From Aplysia californica (lineage: Eukaryota): a stretch of DNA of 64,000 nucleotides. Below are positions 23,701 to 38,700 of this stretch, in pieces; within the stretch, counting starts at the first letter, position 1, and every line of letters starts with the position of its first letter. The position numbers were made by a program, and so were the translations under genes. Where the stretch lies: the NCBI RefSeq assembly GCF_000002075.1, contig NW_004798595.1, positions 18,822 to 82,821 on the forward strand, written 5' to 3'. The notes beneath the pieces were generated by a model that was not told the DNA's origin, did no database searches, and saw only the letters and a program-made list of their open reading frames with translations.

Positions 23701-26700
23701 TGCCGACACACTCAGGTTCTGGAACATTTTGTCTCCCAGGTGAGTGAGATTTCCTATGACAAACTCTGATACACCAAAGATTTCACTTGTCCTGCACAAT
23801 CCTGATGATGGACGAGAAAAAAATATTTTAACTTGTACAGTGAATCTCACATCCAATAAATTTCACGGCGTCTGACATGATTTTTTCTAGAGTTTGAGGA
23901 TTCAGTGAAAGCACCGTTCCTGAAACGTGAAGATTTGAAACAGATAATCAATATAAATAATTAATTCAATCCCATATAAGGTCATGTTCTGAAAATTATC
24001 CCCTCCCCAAAGAGATGAGGCATAACTCAGTACAAAATCATAGAATATTTTTCTTCTTATTGTTTACGACAACAACAAGACATGCTTAAAAATATCAAAT
24101 AAACCTCAAAACATAGATGTAAGTTTTAATTCAGATAGCAGTCATCCAAGTTTCTAGACGTATCTTTATTTTCTGATTGTTCAAAGATGGTCCACTGATC
24201 AGTTTTATTTTATCTTCTTTTTCTTGGTCCTCACAGTCCGACTTAACAACTACATGTAGACTGAGCGACTTACCAGACGTTAAATGAGGCAACTAACTTA
24301 AAATTTCTTTTTATTCTTTTAAAAATTCATATAACATCACAACCTCAACTAAAAAAATTCTTTAACACAAATAATACCTCCAAGATTTGGTATCTTGTCA
24401 ATGAGAGACGTCACAACAATGACTCCACCCTCCGCTTTTTTCCGTCTCTGAGACGCCAACTCTGCCTCTGTCTCTTGGTCAGGGGACATCTGACGCCACG
24501 GCATGATCTTCTTCTGGACATCTCCGTCCGCAGACTCGGATATGTCTTCCTCATTTTCCACTGCAATCAGAAATAGATAACGCACTCAGTGACATTCTCC
24601 AGTAAGGCTTCTGACAACACTATCTATCCATCTACACTAGCTCTTCTTAGTTTTAGTAAGAGTTTATACGGCACTTGCAACACAATAAGGTCATATAGAC
24701 GTTTGATAGGAAAGAAGGAGCAAACCACACCAGAGCACCCACCAACCACCCACTTTCTTCATCGAAATTTACACCGACTACTAATTGTCTATACTTACAC
24801 CAGCTATTTATCGCTCTACATAAATCCTCATCATCTTTCTGTTAACATTTATACCAGCCTAAAAATACTAGAGCTATCTGTCTAAATTTTCACAGGTTTC
24901 CTGTCTACATTCACACGGCCAATCTGTCTACACTTTATTTTCTGAGTGGAAGTGTCTACGTACTCCCCGATTGGGGTCTACGTAGTCATGGTGTTTAGGT
25001 GGACCCCAAAAATGTTGGATTGTGATTGGCTCGCTGAGCGAGCGGTAGTTTACATTGGTTACAATGCAAGGCTGCTTAGCCTACTTACTGATCATCTCGG
25101 GTAGTATGTCTATCTTGTGTTACTATAATTGATTTATTTTAGCCAAGAGAGAGAGAGAAAGAGAGAGTATTTAATGAATAAACGTATGTAGATCTAGATC
25201 TAGATTTTGTTGTGCACCCAGCCAAGAGGGTGCAGTTCGGTCTAGATTTAGATTCTGGATCTAGATAGATCTGGATCTAGACATCTAGATTATATCTAGA
25301 TACGTTTATTCATTAAATACTCTTTCTCTCTGGGCTAAAATAAATAAATTATAGTAACACTAGATCGACACACCGCCCGAGATGACCAGTAGCCTTGCAT
25401 TGTAACCAAAGATAGTACAGCCTACCGTAGGGTGTAGTATCTTTGTTGTAACCAATGTAAATTACCGCTCGCTCAGCGAGCCAATCACAATCCAACATTT
25501 TGGGGTCCACCTAGACACCATGACTATGTAGACCCCAATCGGGGAGTACGTCTACACTTTATTTTCTGAGTACATTTGCACTGGTCATTTGTCTATATTT
25601 TAACACCGGGTATCTATCTCTCTATATTCACCCTGGCTTATGGTCTTTACAATGTCTCCTTATTTCCACCAGATGACTGTCTGTCCACATTTACACCTGC
25701 GCTGTCTACAGGTACACAGATTATCTGTCCGTATATGGTCGCTTTTAAGCACAAGTAGGCTATCCCGAAAAATGCTGTTTTGAGAAAATCTAAAGTAAAG
25801 TTTTTGCCCCTTGTTCAGTTTTTTTAAAAGACAAGGAGATTTTTCTCTGTAACCAAACAAATATACACACCAATGAAACCAAACTTCTCCTATAGGTAGG
25901 GCAATGCCCACTTTTGGTGTAGGTCAAGATTTCTGGAAACCCCCGAAATCTGGGTTAGCCCGCCTGTCCTTAAAAGCGACCATATATTTACCATGAGCTT
26001 TCATCCTCCACGGTCCCTCCTTGCACTGGGCCAGTTCACCAGAGGAGTTGCCCAGAGGCAGGTGATGCTTCTCCACATCCTCCCAGGCCTTGTCCCACTG
26101 GACAAACTGCTGTGGCAACACCCACTCATCATCAGCCAAGCTGGCTAGTCGAGGTAGGGTGTGGAAAATTGTCTAGATTTTTTTAAAAAAAAAAAAACAA
26201 GAAAAAAAAACCCCCATCATTTAAAGTCACCAGCTGTGAAATGAGCTACAACAAAGGCGTACAATGTGAAATTTGATCACTTTAATTAAGGCAAAGGAAA
26301 GACCAAGAAAAAGATGGATCGACGGTGTCAAAAGAGACCCTTCATAGGCACACTATATGACAATCAAAAGGCAACACACCTAGCCCATCTCTTACAATTA
26401 CATCTCTCCTTGACAAAAAAAGGACAGATAAAGTAAAAAAGTAAGTACCACATTAGATCAGTCATTAATGACTTTGTTACACCTCGAGGTATGCTCATCA
26501 TGGCCCTAAAAACATGCCAGCACATGAGAAAAAGCAAAGTCAAAGACTGAGATGACAGGAGAGGGAACAAAGAATGATATGAGTTCAAATGAAAGAAAAA
26601 GCAAACCTACCTCCATACTGTAGTCTCTCAAAGGGTTAAGGCCACAGTACATGTAGTTCCTAATAAGTTTTACTGAAGTGTTGCTGGCATTTCTGTAAAA

Positions 26701-29700
26701 GAAAAGGAAACTTCAGAACACCTGATCAGGGGGTCTTGAATATTTCTCGTGGCAAACTGAAACATGGTAAAAATCATTTATTTCACGAGTCAATTATCAA
26801 TTGGCCATCTAGTTCTTCAGTACATGGGAACATTTCACAGTAGACAAGACAGTATTTAAGAATAACGCAAAAAATGATTTCTTTGCAATCATATTTTCAA
26901 ACTACAAATCGATGAACATTAGATGAGACAAAAACCAAAAAATTTTGTTATATATGGTTATGTCACAGCCACACAATAATTCTTGTAGTGAGACTTATCA
27001 AGTTTTGTTAAACATCAAAAAGCAAAGTACATTGAAATATTATGTCGGTTATATCCAAAACTGACAAGTACAATACCCATTGTTGCAGAGAAAATCCAGA
27101 GACGCCTGAACCACAGAAAATTTCTCTAGAACATCCGCCAGACCTAGTGTCTGGCACTGCTGCCACATACGCATCATGGTGGTTTGTGCAAATATCCGAG
27201 TGTTATAGTGGTGAGCCATTGTCCACGGGATGACGCAGGTGAAGGCTTGGATGTAATACTGAGCCTGGAAGTGGAAGGAAGAGTAGGCCCAAATTAGGAG
27301 GATAAAAGAGCTGAGAAGGTCGGACTCACAGCATGGCTAGATCTAGCATAGTTTGGATGGGAGGCACAAAGCAATTGAATTGTTTTTTTTATAGTGTGTG
27401 ATCATACCTCATTGCTGACATAAGACATGTCACACGTTGTCTTCTGAATTTACTTAGACTCTATTAGAAACTGTACAAAACAAAACAAACAAAAAAACAG
27501 CCAAAAAAACCTAGAAATGAGAAAGCATTGCTGTATTTAAAAATATGTTCCCAAACTGCTAACAAACAGCTGCATCATTGCTTTCAAAGATTCTCATCAT
27601 CATTGTTCAGTCTCCTTCAAACGCCATCATCGTCAAATTCATCTTGATAATTCTGGTCAAGTAGGCCTACTGCCATTTATCTTCAAGTGTTGCCATTGAA
27701 GCAACATCACAGTAAAGCTACTTATTTCATAATCTTGTTCCAGTATTTTATAGTACCTTTTGTGTATGAATTGCATTTTCCCTTAACTTTCATGTGATTT
27801 TCCGCTTTAACAATGTCTAACAATCATATCCAATATTAAGTAAACATGATATAGCATACTAAATTATCATCTGACACCCAAACAAAACCAACAGTACATA
27901 ATACAAAACTGTTTTTTAAAAATAACTTACGCCTCACTCTTTCAAAAACTAAACACGCCTTAATACATAAAGAAGAAAGAAAAAAAACCCTACAATTATG
28001 TGGTGGACTGTAGGGTCAAATTTTAAACAACCAGTAATGTGTCAAGCAATTCATGATTACAAAAACTATGCTGAAAAAGAAAATGCTAAGCATTGTTACC
28101 TGCACCGTCACTGGGAGAAAAACTCCTAAGTGAGACAGGACCAGAAACAGTGAGCACAGGCAGACGCTTCTCTTATTCTCATACTGAAACAAAAAAAAGA
28201 AGAAAAATAAATGCTTTTCTCCACATGAAATTTGAAAGGAGAATACAAGTCAAAAGGCAACAGCTTCAAAAGAAGAATCAATTACATAACCATGATATCA
28301 CTAAATCACTAGTGGTGATTACAATTACATAAAGCGATTGCCTCACCAAATCTCAACAGTAGGAGGCAATCACTTTTCGCACTTTACCGACAAAATGGGG
28401 TAAAATTTGAGCATGTATGTTTCAGTTTTACGATGAAACTGCAATCGAATGGTTTGAAGCTTCTCATTGCAAAACCCAGTTAGTACATATGACACCAAAT
28501 GACATTTCATTTGTCATGGAACCCCCACCCCCTTCCATGTGAAAAATATTGAGCAGCCAGAGTAGCCTACAATATTGATCCCCTCACTCCCTTGTAGTAG
28601 ACCTCCCTCACGCTGCTCCAGCATTACTGTTACAAAACTAGAAATATAATTTTGCCTTTTGTTTTTGGCACAACTATACTGATTTATTACAAACCACTAT
28701 ACAAAATTGGCATTATAGTAATCATGGTTATTGTTTCATTTAAATATCTACACTACAATGATGAAATAATAATTACTAAGTTTAATATTCCATTATCAAT
28801 ATACTACATAGATGACATTTCAATTAATATGGGTTATTTTGTCATAAATTATTACACTACATAGTTAATCTACTAATTAATATGTGAGGCATTGTGGTGA
28901 AATCAGGCCCTGGTCAAAATAATGACATCGAAGAAACTGGCACTTTTCCGCCTGTTTGGAAATTTTTTTCCAATTTTTGTTTTTAGGCTCGACACCTGTT
29001 AAGTCCACTTGAAAAGACACTTCTGTGGGAATTACGTAAAGGCACAAAAAATGTAAATTATAAGTTTCAAAGGACTCTTAAGTTATCGAAGTGACACAAC
29101 TTTGGCGGCCATTTTCTCGCTAATTTTCTGAAACCAGATGACTCCACTTCCTTCAACTGCAAATATCTGAACTTCTATTCAAGTTAGATGAGTATCTTAT
29201 TAACCAAATGCAAGACAAATGAACAGACTTTTAAGATGTTACCAATAACTCCATATGCCCAAAAATTGACCAGCGCCTGATTCCACTGTGTCGTGACACA
29301 TATGGTTACTGTTTTATTCTATGTACATTGTATGGATAATGTATCAATTACCATTGTTGCTGTCTTACCATGACTGCACTACACAGATGACACAATAACT
29401 TGTATGGTCACTGTTTTATCATTACAGGTAAGACATAATACCTAGTATAACTGTATAGTCACTGTTTTATAAACTCCACAGCCGACATAATACTATGATA
29501 TCTAGTTTGGTCACTGTTTTATTATAACTGCACTACTTAGAAATGACCAAATAACTAGTATGGTCACTGTTTTATTATAACTACACTACTTAGAGATGAC
29601 CAAATAACCAGTATGTTAACTGTTTTATTATTATTATTACACTGACCAAAACACAAATCATGAAATAACAACCACACCTGTTTGAAGACATCCCACACTG

Positions 29701-32700
29701 TGGACACACGTGATGGGAAGGCTATTATGATCCTCATGACCATCCACTCCAGGTTCTGCCGGACCGAAGGGTGGCACTCCAGCTCCAGGGCATGCCACAG
29801 GAGAGGCATGTACTGCTTGCTCGACTCCTGGCCAAGACAAAGTCATTTGAACAAATCATATTATTAGAACTCTGTGATTGCTTTAAATGTAGCCTCTCAT
29901 GTATGTATATTTGTGCATGTGTTTATTATGTATTTATGTATGTATGTATGTATGTATTTATAATAAGTATTTATGTATGTATGTATAACGTATGTATGTT
30001 TGCCATTGTAAACCAAATTGCCCCCTGGGATCAATAAAAGAGTAATTTATTAATTTTTTTAAATTACAAGGCTCAACACTTTCAAAGAGGTTGGACTACT
30101 AGCGTATCTCAGCAATTTTCAACAAAGCCAAACTATACCAAAACTGGCTACGGAACAGTAACAAAGGGATGCAACATTGCGATTAATTCAAAGCAGCTAA
30201 GGCAGTGGTATTGGCATAAACCCTGTGTATGAAGAGAAACATATTCAGCTCAAACGCATGCTCCAAGCATGGGTGCCGTCCATCTAGCAAACTCAGGAAA
30301 ATAGCTGAAAGACAAGTGCAATAGTCAGGGAAACACAAGCACTGACAGGTTCACAGTTCAATGCGATCTCATCTGACATGGTCTTGTAGACCCTACCCAC
30401 CCAGCATGTAATGTAAGTTCAGGTGGTGGGCTCAAATGTGAGTACGAAGTTTGTGGAAATCAAATGTGTCCATGAGTTCACACCTCAATGTGATCCCATT
30501 TCACCCTTTCCCAACACTAAATGGCCATTATGTTGATGAGCTTCTCTTTGCTCAAACTTAACTAACTTTTATTCAGTCAACTCAGTCTTCCAATTTTCAA
30601 TAAGAATTAGATTAAAAGAGAAACAAGGAAACTCCACAAAACATGATGACGTACTTCTGTGATGAAGTCTGCCAACAGCAGCAGCACAGAAACCATACGG
30701 TGCTTCTGCCTGTGGCTCAGCGAGTTGGAGAACTGTTTATACGTTGTCAAGGCTGCTAGCTCCAGGTACTGCGACCACAGTGTGTCTGTAAACTGGACCA
30801 CAAACATATGGTCAGCCGTGACGTTGGGACGAAGTGATGACAGCCAGTTCAAGATGATGACCCGTGTGAAGAGGTCATTCCTGGATACACTGACAAAACA
30901 AAAGGCGCCAAGAAAGAGAAGGTGTTAGTAACATACATGGTGCAGACTGATGAGTCAAAATTTACAATATTGGCATATATATATATATCCTTCTTCGAAC
31001 TTTGATGAGACATCTACGTTTGTACAGACAAGATAAAGTGTTCATTAAAGACAGATTCAAACAAAGCAGTTCAAAATGGGGGCTATACAGTCTAGCAAGC
31101 ATATATATATATAATATCATGTATAGCGAACAGATTTTCAGGTCCAGAAAGTATTCTTGCATATATACTGTTTGAATTTAAAACACGTACATAGCAAAAT
31201 TCGTATATAGTGAAAAGATTTCCATGTCACCATGATTTCATTATGAGCATACTAGACCGTACTTCATATCACAAAATTTACTGCAAGTCTGAACATAACT
31301 ACTACAAGTTGCCAGAAAGCAGAATAAGAGAAACATAGCACTAAATATACAGAAGAAGAAGGAAGACCACATCAGACCCCCTTGCAACCCACTGAGCCAA
31401 AGAGGTACTGTTCCAAAGTATCTAGTGGCTAAGGAGGAGAGGGTGAAGACTTTGAAGATTGGAAAAGGACATCATCAGTAATTTGAACTAAATGTATAAG
31501 ACACATGACTGTCTTGAGGAATTTTAAGTTCGCTTGTTTAAACTTCTCTATTTTCAAAAACAATGCCTAATCACAGGCAAAGCAATCAAAATCTTCAAAT
31601 GCCAGCAAAGACAGCCCAACAAATACGATTTAGCCTCCCTCTTGACACTCTTGCTCCCTCCCTTTCCCTCCCACTCTCTTTCCCCTCTCTTGATAAAAAG
31701 GTAAAAGTTAAGTCCAAAGCATTCTCAAGAAAAGATAACAAAATCACAACATAATCAGAAGCAAATTACAAGACATCAGCAGAACAGATATTTTGTATAC
31801 ATCATGTAGTAAAAAAATAAAATTCATGAGTAAAGGCTGGAATACCTTGATGTGATTTCATTGACTGCCAAGGCCGGACCCAAGCTCTCAATGTATGCAC
31901 AGACATCAAGCCAAAGTCTGAAGAGACAGAGTTGCATAGAAACATTATATATTTATGTAACATACTGAGTTGTTCTGTACAATGTACACAACTTAAGATT
32001 TTTAAACATGCATGCTCTTCACTTCAGTACAGTAGTCTCCGCCTAAACACACGCCGTACAAAAGCACACTCGTTTTTTACTATATAATTTAGACATACGA
32101 ACGCATGGTCACTTCTTCCAAACGCACGCTTCGATCCGCGAAACATGCCGACAGGTAAACTAAAGCTTGACAAAGGGAAATTTTCGCTACAACCTGCACA
32201 GCTTGCATAAGGCAAGCCTAGACAACCGGTGAGACTGGCCCTCGCGCACAACAAAGAGAGTAATGGACAGAGTTTTCACACCTAACTTTCCACGGGCACA
32301 TAGGTCTAGGATTGGCCTGGTGATATGTTGGGGGGTTGGGGGACTGAAATGTTTTTTGATTGGGTTTCTGACTGGTGTTTGGGTGACTGCATGTAATGTT
32401 TATTTAGACCTAGGTCTATGATGTACATTACGTGTGAATGCTGTAGAACACATAGATAGGCCTCAGTAGGATTAAAGATTAGTCAAGTAGGCCTAATCAG
32501 CTGAATTTGAAGAACTTATAACGTACTTGTTCAACGAATCACAAAAGAGAAGTCTCTCAGAATGTAGATCTCGTATGATTCAGATGTCATCCATGAATTT
32601 ACCGTCAAGGGCGGTCGTTTGGAAAGCCACATGGCTGAGTGGTCGTCCCAATATTGTGACTATCACCAACAGTTTCTTTTTATCTATTCCGTTCCTAACA

Positions 32701-35700
32701 TTTTATGGTGAATATCATTACATTGAGTCTGTCTTTTTGCCNNNNNNNNNNNNNNNNNNNNNNNNNNNNNNNNNNNNNNNNNNNNNNNNNNNNNNNNNNN
32801 NNNNNNNNNNNNNNNNNNNNNNNNNNNNNNNNNNNNNNNNNTATATATATATATTTATGTAACTTACTGAGCTGTTCTATAGAATATATACACAACTAAA
32901 GATTTTTAAACAAACATGCTCTTCCCTTCAATACTGTAGTCTCCACCTAAACACACACCATACAAAAGCACGCTCGTTTTTTTACTATATAATTTAGACA
33001 TACAAACACACGGTCACTTCTTCTAAACGCACGCTTCGATCCGCGAAACACGCCAACATGTAAACTAAAGCTTGACAAAGGGAAATTTCCGCTACAACCT
33101 GCACAGCTTGCATAAGGCAAGCCTAGACAACCGGTGAGACTGGCCCTCGTGCACAACAAAGAGAGTAATGGACAGAGTTTTCACACTTAACTTTCCACGG
33201 GCACATAGGTCTAGGATTGGCCGGGTGATATGTTGGGATGTTGGGGGACTGAAATGTTTTTTGATTGGTCACTCGAAATGTGTATTCGACTATCGAGAAA
33301 AAGTTTCTGATTGGCATTTGGGTGACTGCATGTAATATTTAGTTAGACCTAGGTCTATGACGCACAACATGTGTGAATGCTGTAGAAGTAGAACACCTAG
33401 ATAGGTCTCAATAGGATTAAAGACTAGTCAAGAAGGCCTAATCGCCTGAGTTCGAAGAACTTATAACGTACTTGCTCAACGAATCACAAAAGAGAAGTCT
33501 CTCAGAATGTAAATCTCGTATGATTCTGATGTCATCCATAAACGCACGCTCAGTATAAACACACGCCAAGGAGCCCTCCAGAGCATCGTGCATTTAGGTG
33601 GAGACTAGTGTAACTTTTTGATGACTTTTCCCTTGCTTTAAGCTTTTTGTCCTCTTTAAAAGGATCACAAGACAAACTTTGACAAAATGTAAGGTTCATG
33701 GGCAGTTGCACATAAATCATATGTAGCCTTTTCGAAAATAGGCTGTGGACATTCAAATACTGTTGGCTACAAGACAAATATTTACACCAATTCCACTTTT
33801 CTAGAATTTCTGAAACAGCAGCATCCCCTCCTTATTTTATGTACAGCCCACGACTCAATACAAACTTTTGTTTAGATAATATAAGAGAAAAACAGACTAA
33901 TAAGTCACACTAAAATGATATTTCTTTGAGGAGGAGCACCTCTGTTGCCGGTCTGCAGACGGTGGTATGTGCATGCAGGTGACTTTGTGTACGTTTATGA
34001 GTGTGCATGTGTGTGTGTACTCGCATGTCTGCACGCATGTACGCGTGTGGGTGGGAGGAAGGAAGTCAGATAAGCTGCAATAATAGAATAGAGACTTACC
34101 GTTCCCCCTTTTTGTGCACATTCCCAAAGGCGCAGGCGTCTAAGAGAAGAGATGTCCACTTAGTGGCAAGCCTTCTGTCTGGGTCATCTTTCAAGATGTG
34201 GCCACAGATGTGGTCAAACATGAGGAAAGTTATGCCCGTCTTTTCAGATCCCAAAGTCCATAGCTTTTGCATAAACTGTAAGAAAATATATTACAAATTT
34301 TAAGAAAATGATTGCTAAGAAATAAAAATTGTATATGTTCATAGTGTCTTGTTCTTAATAAAAGCCATCGTTTTCTATCACTCATCCACATGGATTATAG
34401 GCCAATTGATCACTTCTTAATTAAAACATCCATCATCAAAAAATAAGTTCCACGAAAAGGTGATGAATAGAATAAAGTAAGCAGAACTTACATCTGATGA
34501 AATTTGTGGCTTTTCAAATGTCATTGATACCAGATCATGGTAAATGTCTGATAATGACCAATGCTTCCGCAGAGGAGAATATTTCTCAAGTGAGATAAAA
34601 AAAAATAATAAAAGAGGGGAGNNNNNNNNNNNNNNNNNNNNNNNNNNNNNNNNNNNNNNNNNNNNNNNNNNNNNNNNNNNNNNNNNNNNNNNNNNNNNNN
34701 NNNNNNNNNNNNNNNNNNNNNNNNNNNNNNNNNNNNNNNNNNNNNNNNNNNNNNNNNNNNNNNNNNNNNNNNNNNNNNNNNNNNNNNNNNNNNNNNNNNN
34801 NNNNNNNNNNNNNNNNNNNNNNNNNNNNNNNNNNNNNNNNNNNNNNNNNNNNNNNNNNNNNNNNNNNNNNNNNNNNNNNNNNNNNNNNNNNNNNNNNNNN
34901 NNNNNNNNNNNNNNNNNNNNNNNNNNNNNNNNNNNNNNNNNNNNNNNNNNNNNNNNNNNNNNNNNNNNNNNNNNNNNNNNNNNNNNNNNNNNNNNNNNNN
35001 NNNNNNNNNNNNNNNNNNNNNNNNNNNNNNNNNNNNNNNNNNNNNNNNNNNNNNNNNNNNNNNNNNNNNNNNNNNNNNNNNNNNNNNNNNNNNNNNNNNN
35101 NNNNNNNNNNNNNNNNNNNNNNNNNNNNNNNNNNNNNNNNNNNNNNNNNNNNNNNNNNNNNNNNNNNNNNNNNNNNNNNNNNNNNNNNNNNNNNNNNNNN
35201 NNNNNNNNNNNNNNNNNNNNNNNNNNCCGGGGTTGTATTCTTCACATTTTAGAATACTTCTAGTACGAAGATCTCTTTGAAACTTTCAGTATTTCTCTAA
35301 AAATCATTTTGACAGACTGCTATGCAAAGCGTACGGATCGGACTAGCGAGTAAATTTCCTCTTTTGAAAGTGGTGGCACGATGGATACGATAGCAAAACA
35401 CGATGAACGGATAGGGTTAAAAGTATAATATTGTACGCTTTTTAATCACAAAAAGCTTTCATCACACACTCATATATATAATGCACACAAAGACATCCAA
35501 AATCAGCATTCTTCTAACCTGAGGGGCAATGACTAACAAAGCCTGAAAAATGGCGATGTCGGAGCTGCCTGAGCCGATGGTCATATCTTCCATGGCCTGC
35601 TCAAGGACAGAGGAAACACTGTCTCCATCTAGCCCGCTGTTGTTGTGTTGCAGCACATGGCCTTGACATTGCCATTTGCTGGAGATGAAGCGACTGATGA

Positions 35701-38700
35701 CACGTCCAACTTGAGCTCTGGAGCCGGAGTCATTGCTGAGGAGCAATACCTTTGTAATTAGAATCATCTTTGCCAAATTTACTCATTATTTCGGAAGACA
35801 GACAAAGCAAAACACCTCACCAGTAAACATAGTATTTATGAGCACACGATACAGTCAGAAAGAGCATCTTCATAAAGAAATTAATCTTTGTAGTTTTCAG
35901 GAATATTTTTCACGGGAAAATACTAAATCTAGGCTTTTTCCAATGATATCAAAAGTCCTTATGATGTGAGTATTGATAGCATATTTTGTTCAAGGACAAA
36001 ATAGAGGCAATGTTAAAGAAAGTTAATGTCAAAGAAAGTTGAGGTTGAAGATCGGTCATAGATCCAGCCTGCTGATCTGATTTCGCAGCACGACCACGAC
36101 ATTGCAACTTGCAGCGGCTGATGATGTGCTCAACCTGAACTCTGTAACCCGACTCATCACTAGGGAACGACACCATCCTAATTATAGTTGTTTGTAAAAC
36201 TGGTAAAAGTAAAGTGTAAACCTATCACCCCACCCCTCCCCTACATCCTGTACTAGCAGATAAAGGAAGAAAGACAGAAAGAAATGAAAAATAAAAGAGG
36301 AAAAAATTAAAGAAAAATATAACGGAAAAAAAAGAAAAGAGAGAAACGATGAAATGAAGTAGCACAACAAAAGTCTTTGATATCCGTTGTCTCTCACCTC
36401 ACACCTTTCCGGCTAAAAGGTAACGGCAGATCTGACAACGGCATGGAAACTTGCGCCACTATCTCAGATATAACTGCACTTCTCTCACTCTGAAGAACTT
36501 TACTCCGAGAGATGATCTTGAAGACAGTGGATAGAAGACGCACAGCACTACAACTCAGCACATCCAACTTTGCCAGATCCTATAAAAGGAAAAAAATACA
36601 ACAACAAAAAAAGTTCCCTAATATTTTCCAATGTATAAGATCATTAGGTGATTAAACTACATAATCCAAGGGATCAGTCATGAGTTTGAGAGGGGAGAAG
36701 CATATTGACACTCATTTAGTGTAGCAAAAGGGCTAGACAGATAGACAGAGACAGCACAGGGAAATGAAAGAAATAGGAGCAACCACTTATTCCCTCTAAC
36801 CTCCCACAATCACTTGTGACCCACTGATAAAAATCTAACAGCCTATGAAAACTTCCAAGCGATCACTTTGTTGGAGATAGTGCCAGTCTAGCCGTACTTA
36901 CAGCTAGCCTCTTCCAAGTAAGAAATACAGCACTTTGAAATATACACCCTGAATTCAAACTCATATGGCGCGGCGGCCCCAGGACGGGTCCAGAGCCTGT
37001 GGGGGTACGGCCAGGATAAAAAGAGTTAAAAACACAGCAACATAATTCCACATACCTGTGGGCTGTCTGCCCCTGACGCAGCTGAGTGGAGCACATTGTT
37101 CACAAAAGTGACCAACTCACGCAACGATGGCAGCACATCCCGGCAGTGAAGGCCCAGGGACAGGAGCACGTCCGTGTAAAACTTGATCTCATCCAAGTCT
37201 CCAGCCTAGAGTAGACAGCAGGAACAGAGTAAAACTTTTTTTTTTTTTTGGAAGAAACCATTTGTGAGGAAAAATGAGTGAACCTGATGGCAAAGGTTAA
37301 GTCTATAAGAGAAATATATACACGGAACTGAAGACCTAGGGGGTAACTTCACATGTCCACAGCATAAAAATAACTCTAAAATTTTTGTTTAAGACTTCAG
37401 CCTTATTAACTAACATTTCTATCACAGTGATATCTAAAACTTTATAGCCAAAAAATTCTAAAAAGACCACCCCCCCCAACAAAATGCAAACTCATCTGAT
37501 AAAAAATGAAGTGAACGATAATGATGTAATGGACATTCAATACTGTACTTTCAATAACTCAAAGCGCGCCGATAGAAAAAGCAAAGTTGGAAAAAGTGTT
37601 ACCTGAGTCAGGTGGGTCTGCAGCCTGTGCTGAGTGTAGTGTACAGTGTCTGTGAAACAGCTTCCCAAACTCTTGCTGAGCATTTTGTCTACTTCCCCAT
37701 CTCCTGAATCTGAACAGAATGTCACAGAACCAATATATCAAAAGTTAGATAAGCAGAGCATGCTTAACAGAGAACATTTGAGGCATCTTGATGAAACCAG
37801 GTGCTATCAAAATAATGAAATAGAAGAAATGCATTCTTCTGCAGGTCTGGCAATTCTTATCCAATTTTTGCTTTCCGGCTCAACAGCTTTTATGTCAGTT
37901 TAAAAACACATTTCTGTGTGGACTTTACTGAAAAATCTTTGATGAAAGGCACAAGAAATATAAATTTGCAGTTTCCAATGACTCTGAAGCTATTGAAGCC
38001 ACCAAAGTTTGGTGGCCATTTTCTCGCTTATTTTACCTATGGCACCTGGCAACCCTTACCCCCTTCAATTACAAATATCTCGACTTCTATTTAAGACAGA
38101 TAGGTAAAATTCATTAAAAGCATGGCATATTAAAAGGCTTTAACTCGCTGGCTACCTGTGCTGGATATGACATGGTCTTAGTACCGTACTATTTCCGCTG
38201 ACTACCTTTGTCGCAACCCACACGTTTCTTTAGTTCAGAGGTTATTTTTTGCCTTATTACCACAGCATATGCGCAATGGGTACTGCTTTTAAAAACTACA
38301 ACCACTTTCACACTGAAAGAGCAGGAGAAGGGTAGAAATACACTTTTGGTGCTCTGAGTGCCAAGTGCCATTGGGCATAGTATAGGAAAATGTCTCCATA
38401 ATCACGTGAAGGAGAGTTACTGACAGTAACAAACTGTGACAATTAGACAGACTGTTGCCATCGCTGGTCCTTTTTGTGTTCTCTACGGGTACGTGTCACA
38501 AACAATATAGGAAACAATCATTTTAGTTGCATACAATTCACATTTGATTTGTTTTCCAGAGTGTTTGAGGTCCAACCTGGTTGCTTTTTAAAAATGAAAT
38601 GAAAGAAGGAAATCGCATTCTGTTTGTTAACTTACAATCTTTATTATGTCCATTAAAAGTGTGCAAAGTTTCCCGACTTTATATCAATTACTTTTGTCAC

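Noticed and set aside
34491-34600. Minus-strand exon ending at GTAAGT
   Set aside because: No recognisable TARBP1 similarity, and the context looks repeat-derived.
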